Shown piece after piece: positions 16,539 through 26,515 of a DNA stretch of 38,297 nt. Below the pieces are notes generated by a model. It was given only the letters and a program-made list of their open reading frames with translations. It did no database searches and was not told the origin of the DNA. How positions within the stretch are numbered: the stretch's first letter is position 1; each line of letters begins with the position of its first letter. The translations under genes and the position numbers were made by a program. Source of the DNA: Enterobacteria phage HK620. The DNA lies in sequence record NC_002730.1; one strand, given 5' to 3'.

Positions 16539-16862
16539 ATGAAGATGCCAGAAAAAAATGACCTGTTAGCCGCCATTCTCGCGGCAAAGGAACAAGGCAT
16601 CGGGGCAATCCTTGCGTTTGCAATGGCGTACCTTCGCGGCAGATATAATGGCGGTGCGTTTACAAAAACAGTAATCGACGCAACGATGTGCGCCATTATC
16701 GCCTGGTTCATTCGTGACCTTCTCGACTTCGCCGGACTAAGTAGCAATCTCGCTTATATAACGAGCGTGTTTATCGGCTACATCGGTACTGACTCGATTG
16801 GTTCGCTTATCAAACGCTTCGCTGCTAAAAAAGCCGGAGTAGAAGATGGTGGAAATCAATAA
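16539..16862 (+). CDS. S: class I holin (lambda S type) with dual start motif
   Basis: 107 aa, [22 protein letters not shown]..., near-identical to lambda S as recalled. Confidence 0.92.
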   Translation: MKMPEKNDLLAAILAAKEQGIGAILAFAMAYLRGRYNGGAFTKTVIDATMCAIIAWFIRDLLDFAGLSSNLAYITSVFIGYIGTDSIGSLIKRFAAKKAGVEDGGNQ

Positions 16863-17322
16863 TCAACGCAAGGCGTTCCTCGATATGCTGGCGTGGTCAG
16901 AGGGAACAGATAATGGACGTCAGAAAACCAGAAATCATGGTTATGACGTCATTGTTGGCGGAGAGCTATTCACTGATTACTCCGATCACCCTCGCAAACT
17001 TGTCACGCTAAACCCCAAACTCAAATCAACAGCCGCCGGACGTTACCAGCTTCTTTCCCGTTGGTGGGATGCATACCGTAAGCAGCTTGGACTGAAAGAC
17101 TTCTCTCCGAAAAGCCAGGACGCTGTGGCGCTGCAGCAGATTAAGGAGCGTGGCGCTTTGCCGATGATTGATCGCGGTGATATCCGTCAGGCAATCGACC
17201 GTTGCAGCAATATCTGGGCTTCATTGCCGGGAGCTGGTTATGGTCAGTTCGAGCATAAGGCTGACAGCCTGATTGCAAAATTCAAAGAAGCGGGCGGAAC
17301 GGTCAGAGAGATTGAGGTATGA
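16846..17322 (+). CDS. R: endolysin (lambda R-type lytic transglycosylase)
   Basis: 158 aa, [26 protein letters not shown]... Confidence 0.92.
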   Translation: MVEINNQRKAFLDMLAWSEGTDNGRQKTRNHGYDVIVGGELFTDYSDHPRKLVTLNPKLKSTAAGRYQLLSRWWDAYRKQLGLKDFSPKSQDAVALQQIKERGALPMIDRGDIRQAIDRCSNIWASLPGAGYGQFEHKADSLIAKFKEAGGTVREIEV

Positions 17323-17786
17323 GCAGGGTCACCGCGATTATCTCCGCTCTGGTTATCTGCATCATCGTTTGCCTGTCATGGGCTGTTAATCATTACCGTG
17401 ATAACGCCATTACCTACAAAGAGCAGCGCGACAAAAACACCAGAGAACTGAAGCTGGCGAACGCCACCATTACTGACATGCAACAGCGCCAGCTTGATGC
17501 TGATGCACTCGATGCTAAATACACGAAGGAGTTAGCTGATGCGAAAGCTGAAAATGATGCTCTTCGGCGCAAGCTTGATAATGGTGGCCGGGTGCTCGTC
17601 AAAGGAAAATGCCCTGTGCCAGCCTCAGCCAAAACCTCCAGCGCCTCCGGCATGGGCAATGATGCCACCGTCGAACTCTCTCCAGTTGCTGGACGAAACG
17701 TTCTCGGTATCCGGGACGGAATTATCCGCGACCAAACAGCACTGAGAACGCTTCAGGAATACATCAGGACGCAATGCCTTCAATGA
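17319..17786 (+). CDS. Rz: Rz spanin (inner-membrane subunit)
   Basis: 155 aa with N-terminal TM segment and coiled coil; overlaps the R stop. Confidence 0.85.
   Translation: MSRVTAIISALVICIIVCLSWAVNHYRDNAITYKEQRDKNTRELKLANATITDMQQRQLDADALDAKYTKELADAKAENDALRRKLDNGGRVLVKGKCPVPASAKTSSASGMGNDATVELSPVAGRNVLGIRDGIIRDQTALRTLQEYIRTQCLQ
17539..17745 (+). CDS. Rz1: Rz1 spanin (outer-membrane lipoprotein), nested in the +1 frame of Rz
   Basis: 68-aa ORF with lipobox (LIMVAGC) and proline-rich mature part, wholly inside Rz. Confidence 0.8.
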   Translation: MRKLKMMLFGASLIMVAGCSSKENALCQPQPKPPAPPAWAMMPPSNSLQLLDETFSVSGTELSATKQH

Positions 17787-17960
17787 TAGCGATAATTTTA
17801 CTCATCATCCTTCACATCTGGCTCTGTAGACAGGGTGGTGATCACTTCTGGAGTGAATCCAGATTAAACATCTCATTGCTGATGCTTGAAGTTGAGCATC
17901 TGGCGCGCGGTAAGGGGCTGCGTTGAGATAAGAGCCAGTTCATTACAAATACCAGGATTT

Positions 17961-17985
17961 AGCCTCGCATTCGCGGGGCTTTTTA
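17961..17985 (+). terminator. rho-independent terminator downstream of the lysis cassette
   Basis: GC hairpin CCTCGC-ATTC-GCGGGG followed by CTTTTTAT. Confidence 0.5.
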
Positions 17986-18128
17986 TATCTGAATTTCACA
18001 GCGCATCTCACGCGCATATTAACGAGAGCCTTTCAGTAAGCGAGCCTGAGAAATGCCGTTATAGGTGGCGACCTCTCTCGGGCGGCTTTTCTGTGAGACA
18101 GGCTCACTTTCTAAAAGGTAAAGACGCT

Positions 18129-18626
18129 ATGAAAGCAATCACGCTTTTTAATACACCGATCCGTGTTGATGAATCAGGAATGATCTGCCTCACTGATATG
18201 TGGAAAGCCAGTGGTAAAAGTGAATCTGAATCTCCGTACCACTACCTGCGAAACAAGCAGACCAAAGAGTTCTTAGCCGAGCTGGAGAAAAACCACGAAT
18301 CTGTGGTTTTTACTGAGCGCGGTGTACACGGTGGAACATATGGCGGGAAGTTTGTTGCTTACGATTATGCGGCTTGGTTAAACCCCGGGTTCAAGTACGC
18401 GGCCTATAAAGTCCTCGATGACTACTTCACTGGAGAACTTCAGCATCGCAACAGCTTAAGTGCGCAGCTCAACATGAAATGTCATGAGTTTGACCAGAAG
18501 AAAGACATGGCGAGCTTCTGCGGACAAGGGCTGGCAGCATGGCGCTATACGAAGCCAGTGTTGGTCGCTGAGATTAACTCCCTGGCTAACCAGCTGCAGA
18601 TTACGATCCCCGGGCTTCCGGGATGA
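18129..18626 (+). CDS. KilA-N domain protein
   Basis: ATG at 18129 with ribosome-binding site; MKAITLFNTPIRVDESGMICLTDMWKASG... fits the KilA-N pattern; the track's upstream extension lacks support. Confidence 0.65.
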   Translation: MKAITLFNTPIRVDESGMICLTDMWKASGKSESESPYHYLRNKQTKEFLAELEKNHESVVFTERGVHGGTYGGKFVAYDYAAWLNPGFKYAAYKVLDDYFTGELQHRNSLSAQLNMKCHEFDQKKDMASFCGQGLAAWRYTKPVLVAEINSLANQLQITIPGLPG

Positions 18627-18880
18627 GTGATCGTGTCATTGAATGCGCCTCCAGAGCGGGGCGCGACTTCTCAGAGTTCATGAAAGGCGAGAAGGGCATG
18701 ATGGAAGCATTGGCCTCGGTGGATGAGTTTGGCGAGCAGCTGCGCCTCAACGGCTGTGTCAATCATCACTTTGTTAGCTACATGATGCGGAACTCGATCA
18801 TGCAGGCATTCATGGACATGGCAAAAGCCGAGAGGAAAGAAGAGCGCCGGCGTAAGCGAGCGGAAGCAAAAGCGAAGTAG
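18623..18880 (+). CDS. hypothetical protein with basic C-terminus
   Basis: 85-aa ORF overlapping the KilA-N gene stop. Confidence 0.5.
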   Translation: MSDRVIECASRAGRDFSEFMKGEKGMMEALASVDEFGEQLRLNGCVNHHFVSYMMRNSIMQAFMDMAKAERKEERRRKRAEAKAK

Positions 18881-19233
18881 CCATTACAAAGCCCATCTAC
18901 AGGTGGGCTTGATAATGAAACCGTGATTTACATCCCCACAATCCGGGTATGTAAAAGCTGGATCATGCGAGAACGGATTTAACTCAATCTGTGCGCCACC
19001 AGTTAACGGCAGTACCGCGAAACAACCCAAGCCAGTAAGTGGGGAAATAACACTGGCAGCCACTGAAAGATGAACCTCCAGCCTTATGGCAAAAAAGATT
19101 CTTTGTGGTGGCGGACTGATGGAAAGACATCGGTTATTGCAGAGGCCATTCAATGAGTGGTCTCGACAATGGCTTATACCCTACACGGGATAACTTAAAT
19201 GATATCCCTTTTAACGGATAAACGGAGCCAACA

Positions 19234-19476
19234 ATGGCAGAGATTATTCCCATGACTGAAGAACAGAAATTCCAGTTAGAGATTTACAAACTGGTCATGA
19301 ACCAGAACGCAGCCGCAGAAGAAGCATTTCAGTTCATTGGCACTGACGAGCTGAAGCTTGAGCTATTCAAAATTCACTTCCAGTCAGGTGGCGCTAATTC
19401 AGATATCACGACCCGAACCATCGAAGCGGTGCGTAAATCTAAGGAAGCGTTAGACCTGTTCACTACCGGAGCATGA
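19234..19476 (+). CDS. hypothetical protein
   Basis: 80-aa ORF with ribosome-binding site, upstream of the terminase genes. Confidence 0.5.
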   Translation: MAEIIPMTEEQKFQLEIYKLVMNQNAAAEEAFQFIGTDELKLELFKIHFQSGGANSDITTRTIEAVRKSKEALDLFTTGA

Positions 19477-19477
19477 T

Positions 19478-19657
19478 GTGAGCCGCGTAATCAATTTGGG
19501 TAAGGAGAAGAAATTCCCAATTACTCAAGAGCTATACGAGCGGCTGGAAAGCGTCATCCATGATTACGATGGTGAAATCAGTTTATGCGAGGCGATTGGT
19601 ACACTCGAATTGCTGAAGCAGTCACTGATTGAAGGCGCGAAAGAGTCCTCAACCTGA
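19478..19657 (+). CDS. hypothetical small protein (GTG start)
   Basis: 59 aa; GGAG seven nt upstream of GTG; not in the ORF track. Confidence 0.35.
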   Translation: MSRVINLGKEKKFPITQELYERLESVIHDYDGEISLCEAIGTLELLKQSLIEGAKESST

Positions 19658-19680
19658 AATGACAATTAAGTGAGATGAAT

Positions 19681-20103
19681 ATGGCGACTGAACCAAAAGC
19701 TGGTCGCCCCTCTGATTATATGCCGGAGGTGGCTGACGATATCTGCTCGTTGCTTTCTTCTGGCGAAAGTTTGCTGAAAGTATGCAAGCGCCCAGGTATG
19801 CCGGATAAGTCCACTGTTTTCCGCTGGTTGGCAAAGCATGAGGATTTTCGCGACAAGTACGCGAAGGCAACTGAGGCGCGAGCTGATTCTATTTTCGAAG
19901 AGATATTCGAAATTGCTGACAATGCGATTCCAGATGCTGCTGAGGTGGCAAAGGCAAGACTTCGCGTTGATACCCGCAAATGGGCGCTGGCCCGAATGAA
20001 TCCCCGTAAGTATGGCGACAAGGTAACTAACGAGCTTGTCGGTAAGGACGGCGGCGCAATCCAGATTGAAACATCACCGATGAGCACTCTATTCGGAAAA
20101 TGA
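19681..20103 (+). CDS. terminase small subunit (Sf6 gp1-like)
   Basis: 140 aa from MATEPKAGRPSDYMPEV...; immediately upstream of, and overlapping, the large terminase. Confidence 0.85.
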   Translation: MATEPKAGRPSDYMPEVADDICSLLSSGESLLKVCKRPGMPDKSTVFRWLAKHEDFRDKYAKATEARADSIFEEIFEIADNAIPDAAEVAKARLRVDTRKWALARMNPRKYGDKVTNELVGKDGGAIQIETSPMSTLFGK

Positions 20104-21512
20104 CCTCGATTAATCCTATCTTTGAACCGTTCATTGAGGCGCATCGCTACAAAGTCGCCAAAGGCGGTCGAGGTAGCGGTAAGTCATGGGCAATTGCGAG
20201 GCTGCTTGTTGAAGCGGCGCGTCGGCAGCCTGTGCGCATACTTTGCGCTCGTGAGCTGCAAAACAGTATCAGCGATTCGGTAATTCGGTTGCTTGAAGAC
20301 ACCATAGAGCGGGAAGGGTATTCGGCTGAGTTTGAAATTCAGCGTTCAATGATTCGTCATCTCGGAACGAATGCTGAGTTCATGTTCTACGGCATCAAAA
20401 ACAACCCGACGAAGATTAAATCGCTCGAAGGCATTGATATCTGCTGGGTGGAGGAAGCGGAAGCGGTAACGAAGGAATCATGGGATATCCTGATACCAAC
20501 CATCCGCAAGCCATTTTCCGAAATATGGGTGAGCTTTAACCCGAAAAACATCCTCGACGATACCTATCAGCGATTCGTCGTAAATCCTCCAGATGATATT
20601 TGCCTGCTGACGGTGAACTACACCGACAACCCGCACTTTCCTGAAGTTCTCCGTCTGGAGATGGAAGAGTGTAAACGCAGAAATCCGACCCTGTATCGTC
20701 ACATCTGGCTTGGTGAGCCAGTGAGCGCAAGTGATATGGCAATCATCAAACGTGAATGGCTTGAAGCCGCAACCGATGCGCACAAGAAACTAGGATGGAA
20801 AGCGAAAGGCGCTGTTGTTTCTGCACATGACCCGTCAGATACAGGGCCAGATGCTAAAGGTTATGCATCGCGTCACGGTTCGGTAGTTAAGCGCATTGCC
20901 GAAGGTCTGCTGATGGACATCAATGAAGGTGCTGACTGGGCAACTTCGCTGGCTATTGAAGACGGCGCTGACCACTATTTGTGGGATGGTGATGGTGTTG
21001 GTGCGGGGCTGCGCAGACAGACAACGGAAGCGTTCTCAGGTAAGAAAATCACCGCCACGATGTTCAAGGGCAGCGAATCGCCATTCGATGAAGATGCTCC
21101 GTATCAGGCCGGAGCATGGGCTGATGAAGTCGTACAGGGTGACAACGTTCGCACTATTGGTGATGTGTTCCGCAATAAGCGAGCGCAATTCTATTACGCG
21201 CTGGCTGACAGGCTTTATCTGACATATCGGGCGGTTGTCCACGGTGAGTATGCAGACCCCGACGACATGCTGAGTTTCGACAAAGAAGCGATAGGCGAGA
21301 ATATTCTGGAGAAGCTGTTTGCAGAACTGACGCAGATTCAGCGCAAATTCAATAACAACGGGAAGCTGGAGCTAATGACTAAGGTCGAAATGAAGCAGAA
21401 GCTCGGTATTCCATCTCCTAACCTGGCTGATGCGCTGATGATGTGTATGCATTGCCCGGCATTGGCCCGCGAAGAAACAGAAATATACGTTCCCTCATCC
21501 TCCGGTTGGTAA
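20100..21512 (+). CDS. terminase large subunit (ATPase/nuclease)
   Basis: 470 aa; Walker A KGGRGSGKS near the N-terminus. Confidence 0.95.
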   Translation: MTSINPIFEPFIEAHRYKVAKGGRGSGKSWAIARLLVEAARRQPVRILCARELQNSISDSVIRLLEDTIEREGYSAEFEIQRSMIRHLGTNAEFMFYGIKNNPTKIKSLEGIDICWVEEAEAVTKESWDILIPTIRKPFSEIWVSFNPKNILDDTYQRFVVNPPDDICLLTVNYTDNPHFPEVLRLEMEECKRRNPTLYRHIWLGEPVSASDMAIIKREWLEAATDAHKKLGWKAKGAVVSAHDPSDTGPDAKGYASRHGSVVKRIAEGLLMDINEGADWATSLAIEDGADHYLWDGDGVGAGLRRQTTEAFSGKKITATMFKGSESPFDEDAPYQAGAWADEVVQGDNVRTIGDVFRNKRAQFYYALADRLYLTYRAVVHGEYADPDDMLSFDKEAIGENILEKLFAELTQIQRKFNNNGKLELMTKVEMKQKLGIPSPNLADALMMCMHCPALAREETEIYVPSSSGW

Positions 21513-21514
21513 AC

Positions 21515-23641
21515 ATGGCAGAGACATTAGAGAAAAAACATGAGCGGATCATGCTCAGGTTTGACCGCGCCTATTCTCCACAGCAGGAAGTGCGCGAAAA
21601 GTGCATTGAAGCTACGAGGTTTGCTCGTGTCCCCGGAGGTCAATGGGAAGGAGCAACGGCGGCTGGAACTAAGCTTGATGAGCAGTTCGAGAAGTATCCT
21701 AAGTTTGAAATCAATAAGGTAGCAACTGAACTTAACCGCATCATTGCAGAATACCGCAATAACAGAATCACCGTTAAGTTTCGTCCTGGTGACAGAGAGG
21801 CAAGCGAAGAGTTAGCCAATAAATTAAATGGTCTGTTCCGTGCTGACTACGAAGAAACTGATGGCGGTGAGGCTTGCGATAATGCATTTGACGACGCTGC
21901 TACTGGTGGTTTCGGTTGCTTCCGTTTGACGTCGATGCTGGTCAATGAATACGACCCCATGGACGATCGTCAGCGTATTGCTATTGAACCGATATACGAC
22001 CCGTCGCGCTCTGTGTGGTTTGACCCTGACGCTAAGAAATACGACAAATCTGACGCGTTGTGGGCGTTCTGCATGTATTCGTTGTCACCTGAAAAATATG
22101 AGGCTGAATACGGAAAGAAACCTCCTGCTTCTCTGGACGTAACGTCTATGACCAGTTGGGAATATGACTGGTTTGATGCAGATGTTATTTACATAGCGAA
22201 GTATTACGAAGTTCGTAAAGAGTCTGTTGATGTTATCAGTTATCGACATCCAATCACTGGAGAGATTGCAACATACGACAGTGATCAGGTCGAAGATATT
22301 GAAGATGAACTGGCAATAGCTGGATTTCAGGAAGTTGCAAGGCGCTCAGTGAAGCGCCGTCGTGTGTATGTATCAGTAGTGGATGGTGATGGTTTCCTTG
22401 AGAAACCTCGACGTATTCCTGGTGAGCATATCCCCCTCATCCCGGTTTATGGAAAACGCTGGTTCATTGATGACATTGAGCGTGTCGAAGGGCACATTGC
22501 AAAAGCAATGGATCCACAGCGTTTGTACAACCTTCAGGTTTCAATGCTGGCTGATACTGCAGCACAAGACCCCGGTCAGATCCCTATAGTTGGCATGGAG
22601 CAAATTCGTGGACTTGAGAAGCACTGGGAGGCTCGCAACAAGAAAAGACCAGCGTTCTTGCCGTTGCGCGAAGTGAGAGATAAATATGGCAACATCATCG
22701 CTGGAGCTACCCCGGCAGGATATACACAGCCCGCGGTTATGAATCAGGCATTGGCTGCATTACTACAGCAAACCAGTGCTGATATTCAGGAGGTTACAGG
22801 CGGCAGTCAGGCCATGCAGCAGATGCCAAGTAATATTGCTCAGGAAACGGTTAACAACTTGATGAACAGAGCAGATATGGCTTCGTTTATCTATCTGGAC
22901 AATATGGCGAAAAGTCTTAAACGCGCGGGTGAAGTATGGCTGTCAATGGCTCGTGAAGTGTACGGTTCAGAGCGTGAAGTGCGCATCGTTAACGAAGATG
23001 GAAGTGATGATATCGCTGTCCTGAGCGCACAGGTTGTTGACAGGCAAACAGGGGCTGTTGTTGCGTTAAATGACCTTTCTGTCGGTCGATACGATGTGAC
23101 GGTTGATGTTGGACCAAGCTACACAGCACGACGTGATGCAACGGTTTCTGTACTGACAAATGTCCTTAGCTCTATGCTTCCAGCAGACCCAATGCGTCCG
23201 GCAATTCAGGGTATTATTCTGGACAATATCGATGGCGAAGGCCTTGATGACTTCAAAGAGTACAACCGAAACCAACTGCTGATATCTGGCATTGCAAAAC
23301 CACGCAATGAGAAAGAGCAGCAGATTGTTCAACAGGCGCAAATGGCAGCACAAAGCCAGCCAAATCCTGAAATGGTTCTCGCTCAGGCGCAAATGGTAGC
23401 AGCGCAGGCAGAAGCGCAAAAAGCAACTAACGAAACTGCTCAAACTCAAATCAAAGCATTTACTGCCCAGCAGGATGCGATGGAGAGTCAGGCAAACACT
23501 GTCTATAAACTGGCTCAAGCCAGAAACATCGATGACAAAGCAGTGATGGAGGCAATACGCCTTCTGAAAGATGTCGCCGAGTCACAACAACAGCAATTCC
23601 AGTCACCACCACAGTCTCCGGCAGACTTAATGCCGAGTTAA
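21515..23641 (+). CDS. portal protein (P22 gp1 / Sf6 gp3 type)
   Basis: 708 aa from MAETLEKK...; conserved block IAGFQEVARRSVKRRRVY...GEHIPLIPVYG parallels P22 portal; Gln/Ala-rich C-terminal barrel region. Confidence 0.92.
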   Translation: MAETLEKKHERIMLRFDRAYSPQQEVREKCIEATRFARVPGGQWEGATAAGTKLDEQFEKYPKFEINKVATELNRIIAEYRNNRITVKFRPGDREASEELANKLNGLFRADYEETDGGEACDNAFDDAATGGFGCFRLTSMLVNEYDPMDDRQRIAIEPIYDPSRSVWFDPDAKKYDKSDALWAFCMYSLSPEKYEAEYGKKPPASLDVTSMTSWEYDWFDADVIYIAKYYEVRKESVDVISYRHPITGEIATYDSDQVEDIEDELAIAGFQEVARRSVKRRRVYVSVVDGDGFLEKPRRIPGEHIPLIPVYGKRWFIDDIERVEGHIAKAMDPQRLYNLQVSMLADTAAQDPGQIPIVGMEQIRGLEKHWEARNKKRPAFLPLREVRDKYGNIIAGATPAGYTQPAVMNQALAALLQQTSADIQEVTGGSQAMQQMPSNIAQETVNNLMNRADMASFIYLDNMAKSLKRAGEVWLSMAREVYGSEREVRIVNEDGSDDIAVLSAQVVDRQTGAVVALNDLSVGRYDVTVDVGPSYTARRDATVSVLTNVLSSMLPADPMRPAIQGIILDNIDGEGLDDFKEYNRNQLLISGIAKPRNEKEQQIVQQAQMAAQSQPNPEMVLAQAQMVAAQAEAQKATNETAQTQIKAFTAQQDAMESQANTVYKLAQARNIDDKAVMEAIRLLKDVAESQQQQFQSPPQSPADLMPS

Positions 23642-23654
23642 CCAGGAGTAATCA

Positions 23655-24539
23655 ATGGAAAACGAACTGATCATCGACGGTCAGGTTATTGGCCTGTCTG
23701 AAACACAGGAAAATGCAGAAGAAACCATCATCCAAACAGAGTCACAGCCTGAGAATGAAAGCCAGGATGACAACGGTAAAGAGGTGGCAACTGAGCCTGA
23801 AAAAACCGAAGAGACACCAGAAGATTACGCCTTGCGTATTGGTGATGAAGAAATTCAGCTTAACGCTGACGATGATGATCACATTGACGGGCAACCTGCA
23901 CCGCAATGGGTGAAAGATCTTCGCAAAGGCTTCAAAGAAACACAGAAAGAAAACCGTGAGTTGCGCCGCCAGCTTGAGGAAGCATTAGCCAAGCCTGCGG
24001 AACATCAGCAACCACAACCAGACGCTATTCCACCAAAACCGACTCTTGAGTCGTGTGATTATGACGAACAGGCGTTTGAACAGGCATTGACTGATTGGCA
24101 TGAGAAAAAAGGCCGTGTCGAACAGCAGCAGCAACAAAAACTACGTCAGCAACAGGAATACCAACAGCGTTTCCAGCAAAGGGTAGAAGCGCATAAACAA
24201 CGGGCAGCCAAACTTCCTGTGAAAGATTATCAGGAAATGGAGGCCATTGTTCTTAGTGAGCTACCACCAATTCAGCAGGAAATCATCATTCACTGTGCAG
24301 ACGAAGGCTCTGAACTACTCGCCTATGGCTTAGGTAAGAGCCAGCAATTACGCCAGCGTGTAGCCGCTGAGACAGATCCAATTCGCGCAGCATTCCTCTT
24401 GGGGCAGATTAGCAAACAGGTAAGCCTTGCTCCAAAACCAAAGAAAGCCATCAAGCCAGAGCCGGAAGTACGTGGTGGCGGTGCTGATGCGAAACAAGAC
24501 GAATTCAACAAATTATGCCCCGGCGCAAAAATCGAATAA
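23655..24539 (+). CDS. scaffolding protein
   Basis: 294 aa, highly acidic, Gln-rich, helical; between portal and coat. Confidence 0.8.
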   Translation: MENELIIDGQVIGLSETQENAEETIIQTESQPENESQDDNGKEVATEPEKTEETPEDYALRIGDEEIQLNADDDDHIDGQPAPQWVKDLRKGFKETQKENRELRRQLEEALAKPAEHQQPQPDAIPPKPTLESCDYDEQAFEQALTDWHEKKGRVEQQQQQKLRQQQEYQQRFQQRVEAHKQRAAKLPVKDYQEMEAIVLSELPPIQQEIIIHCADEGSELLAYGLGKSQQLRQRVAAETDPIRAAFLLGQISKQVSLAPKPKKAIKPEPEVRGGGADAKQDEFNKLCPGAKIE

Positions 24540-24550
24540 GGAAAAGATAA

Positions 24551-25822
24551 ATGCCTAACAATCTCGATAGTAACGTCAGTCAAATCGTTCTGAAAAAATT
24601 CCTTCCGGGTTTTATGTCAGATTTAGTTCTGGCGAAAACCGTAGACCGTCAGTTGCTGGCAGGTGAAATCAACTCCAGCACTGGCGATAGCGTTAGCTTT
24701 AAACGTCCGCATCAATTCTCATCCCTCCGTACTCCCACTGGTGATATTTCGGGGCAAAATAAAAACAACCTGATCTCAGGTAAAGCTACGGGGCGTGTAG
24801 GTAACTACATCACTGTTGCTGTTGAATATCAGCAACTGGAGGAAGCGATCAAGCTTAACCAACTGGAAGAAATTCTCGCGCCGGTTCGCCAGCGAATCGT
24901 TACCGACCTTGAAACAGAGCTTGCTCACTTCATGATGAATAACGGTGCGTTGTCACTTGGTAGCCCCAATACTCCAATCACCAAATGGTCTGATGTTGCG
25001 CAGACGGCATCTTTCCTGAAAGACCTCGGCGTTAATGAAGGTGAAAACTATGCTGTAATGGATCCATGGTCTGCACAGCGACTTGCTGATGCGCAGACTG
25101 GTTTGCACGCTTCAGATCAATTGGTTCGTACTGCATGGGAGAATGCGCAGATCCCAACCAATTTTGGCGGCATTCGCGCACTGATGTCTAATGGGCTTGC
25201 CTCTCGTACGCAGGGGGCATTTGGCGGAACACTGACAGTCAAAACACAGCCAACTGTTACCTATAACGCAGTTAAAGACTCATACCAGTTCACTGTAACA
25301 TTGACCGGAGCGACAACCAGCGTTACAGGTTTCCTGAAAGCTGGTGATCAGGTTAAATTCACCAATACCTACTGGCTGCAACAGCAGACCAAACAGGCGT
25401 TGTATAACGGAGCCACACCAATTAGCTTCACTGCAACGGTTACTGCTGATGCTAATTCAGACAGCAGTGGCGATGTGACGGTTACGCTTTCTGGAGTTCC
25501 GATTTATGACACTACAAACCCGCAGTACAACTCTGTAAGTCGTCAGGTAGCGGCAGGCGATGCCGTATCTGTGGTAGGCACTGCTAGCCAGACAATGAAG
25601 CCCAACCTGTTCTATAACAAGTTCTTCTGTGGCCTTGGCTCTATCCCACTGCCGAAACTGCACAGTATTGATTCTGCTGTTGCAACATATGAAGGTTTCT
25701 CAATCCGCGTACATAAATACGCAGATGGCGATGCCAACGTGCAAAAAATGCGCTTTGACTTACTGCCTGCATATGTGTGCTTTAACCCTCACATGGGCGG
25801 TCAGTTCTTCGGTAATCCGTAA
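24551..25822 (+). CDS. major capsid (coat) protein, Sf6/P22-type
   Basis: 423 aa; position and length match the P22-like coat. Confidence 0.9.
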   Translation: MPNNLDSNVSQIVLKKFLPGFMSDLVLAKTVDRQLLAGEINSSTGDSVSFKRPHQFSSLRTPTGDISGQNKNNLISGKATGRVGNYITVAVEYQQLEEAIKLNQLEEILAPVRQRIVTDLETELAHFMMNNGALSLGSPNTPITKWSDVAQTASFLKDLGVNEGENYAVMDPWSAQRLADAQTGLHASDQLVRTAWENAQIPTNFGGIRALMSNGLASRTQGAFGGTLTVKTQPTVTYNAVKDSYQFTVTLTGATTSVTGFLKAGDQVKFTNTYWLQQQTKQALYNGATPISFTATVTADANSDSSGDVTVTLSGVPIYDTTNPQYNSVSRQVAAGDAVSVVGTASQTMKPNLFYNKFFCGLGSIPLPKLHSIDSAVATYEGFSIRVHKYADGDANVQKMRFDLLPAYVCFNPHMGGQFFGNP

Positions 25823-25826
25823 TAAC

Positions 25827-25852
25827 AAGGGGCTTACGCCCCTTTTATGTTT
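25827..25852 (+). terminator. rho-independent terminator immediately after the coat gene
   Basis: AAGGGGC-TTAC-GCCCCTT followed by TTATGTTTT. Confidence 0.6.
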
Positions 25853-25864
25853 TAAGGAAACAAT

Positions 25865-26050
25865 ATGGATCGCATGAGTGTATTCCTTGCCGCAGATAAC
25901 GAATCTGGGCATGTACAGGCCGTTATCGCAGAAAAAGACTTCCAGTTTTTCGAAAAGTTGGGCTTTGTTGCCTCAGTTGATGAATTGAAACCGACCAGTA
26001 AGCGAGGTCGTAAGGCGGCAGACAATGGCAACAGTACTGACAAAGGGTGA
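25865..26050 (+). CDS. hypothetical small protein
   Basis: 61-aa ORF between the coat terminator and the gp4-like gene. Confidence 0.4.
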   Translation: MDRMSVFLAADNESGHVQAVIAEKDFQFFEKLGFVASVDELKPTSKRGRKAADNGNSTDKG

Positions 26051-26507
26051 GATCGTCCTTTTTGCGCTTCGTAAGTTTGCTATTGCTTCTAATGCATCGC
26101 TGACTGATGTTGAGCCGCAATCAATTGAAGATGGTGTAAATGATCTGGAAGATATGATGTCCGAGTGGATGATTAACCCCGGCGATATTGGTTACGCTTT
26201 CGCAACTGGAGATGAGCAGCCATTACCAGATGATGAGTCAGGTCTTCCAAGAAAATACAAACACGCAGTAGGCTATCAGTTATTGCTGAGAATGCTATCT
26301 GATTACAGCCTTGAACCAACTCCGCAAGTTCTCAGTAACGCCCAACGCTCATATGATGCCTTGATGACCGACACTCTGGTTGTTCCTTCAATACGACGAC
26401 GTGGAGATTTTCCTGTAGGACAGGGTAATAAATATGACGTGTTCACATCTGACCGATATTATCCAGGCGATCTCCCTCTGATTGATGGCGATATCCCAAA
26501 CGCATAG
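26025..26507 (+). CDS. head completion / tail adaptor protein (P22 gp4-like)
   Basis: 160 aa; call is by position after coat and by size. Confidence 0.75.
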   Translation: MATVLTKGEIVLFALRKFAIASNASLTDVEPQSIEDGVNDLEDMMSEWMINPGDIGYAFATGDEQPLPDDESGLPRKYKHAVGYQLLLRMLSDYSLEPTPQVLSNAQRSYDALMTDTLVVPSIRRRGDFPVGQGNKYDVFTSDRYYPGDLPLIDGDIPNA

Positions 26508-26515
26508 GTGAATAA

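Noticed and set aside
16011-16747. ORFs in the Q-to-S leader (16011-16205 minus, 16097-16432 plus, 16104-16298 plus, 16168-16623 minus, 16505-16747 minus)
   Set aside because: Mutually overlapping, no ribosome-binding sites, Arg/Pro-rich translations; the region resembles a non-coding late leader, and two of them overlap the holin gene.
17886-18128. Upstream extension of the KilA-N ORF to 17886 given in the ORF track
   Set aside because: The extension covers a terminator hairpin and has no ribosome-binding site; the ATG at 18129 with an AAGG site begins the recognisable KilA-N domain.
18884-19153. 89-aa minus-strand ORF, considered as a possible bor-like lipoprotein gene
   Set aside because: No signal peptide or lipobox at its N-terminus, its 3' end runs through a palindrome, and hand translation of the other frames gave nothing Bor-like. 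Left unannotated.
23066-23518. 150-aa minus-strand ORF inside the portal gene
   Set aside because: Antisense to a strongly supported structural gene; Leu/Cys/Arg-rich low-complexity translation.
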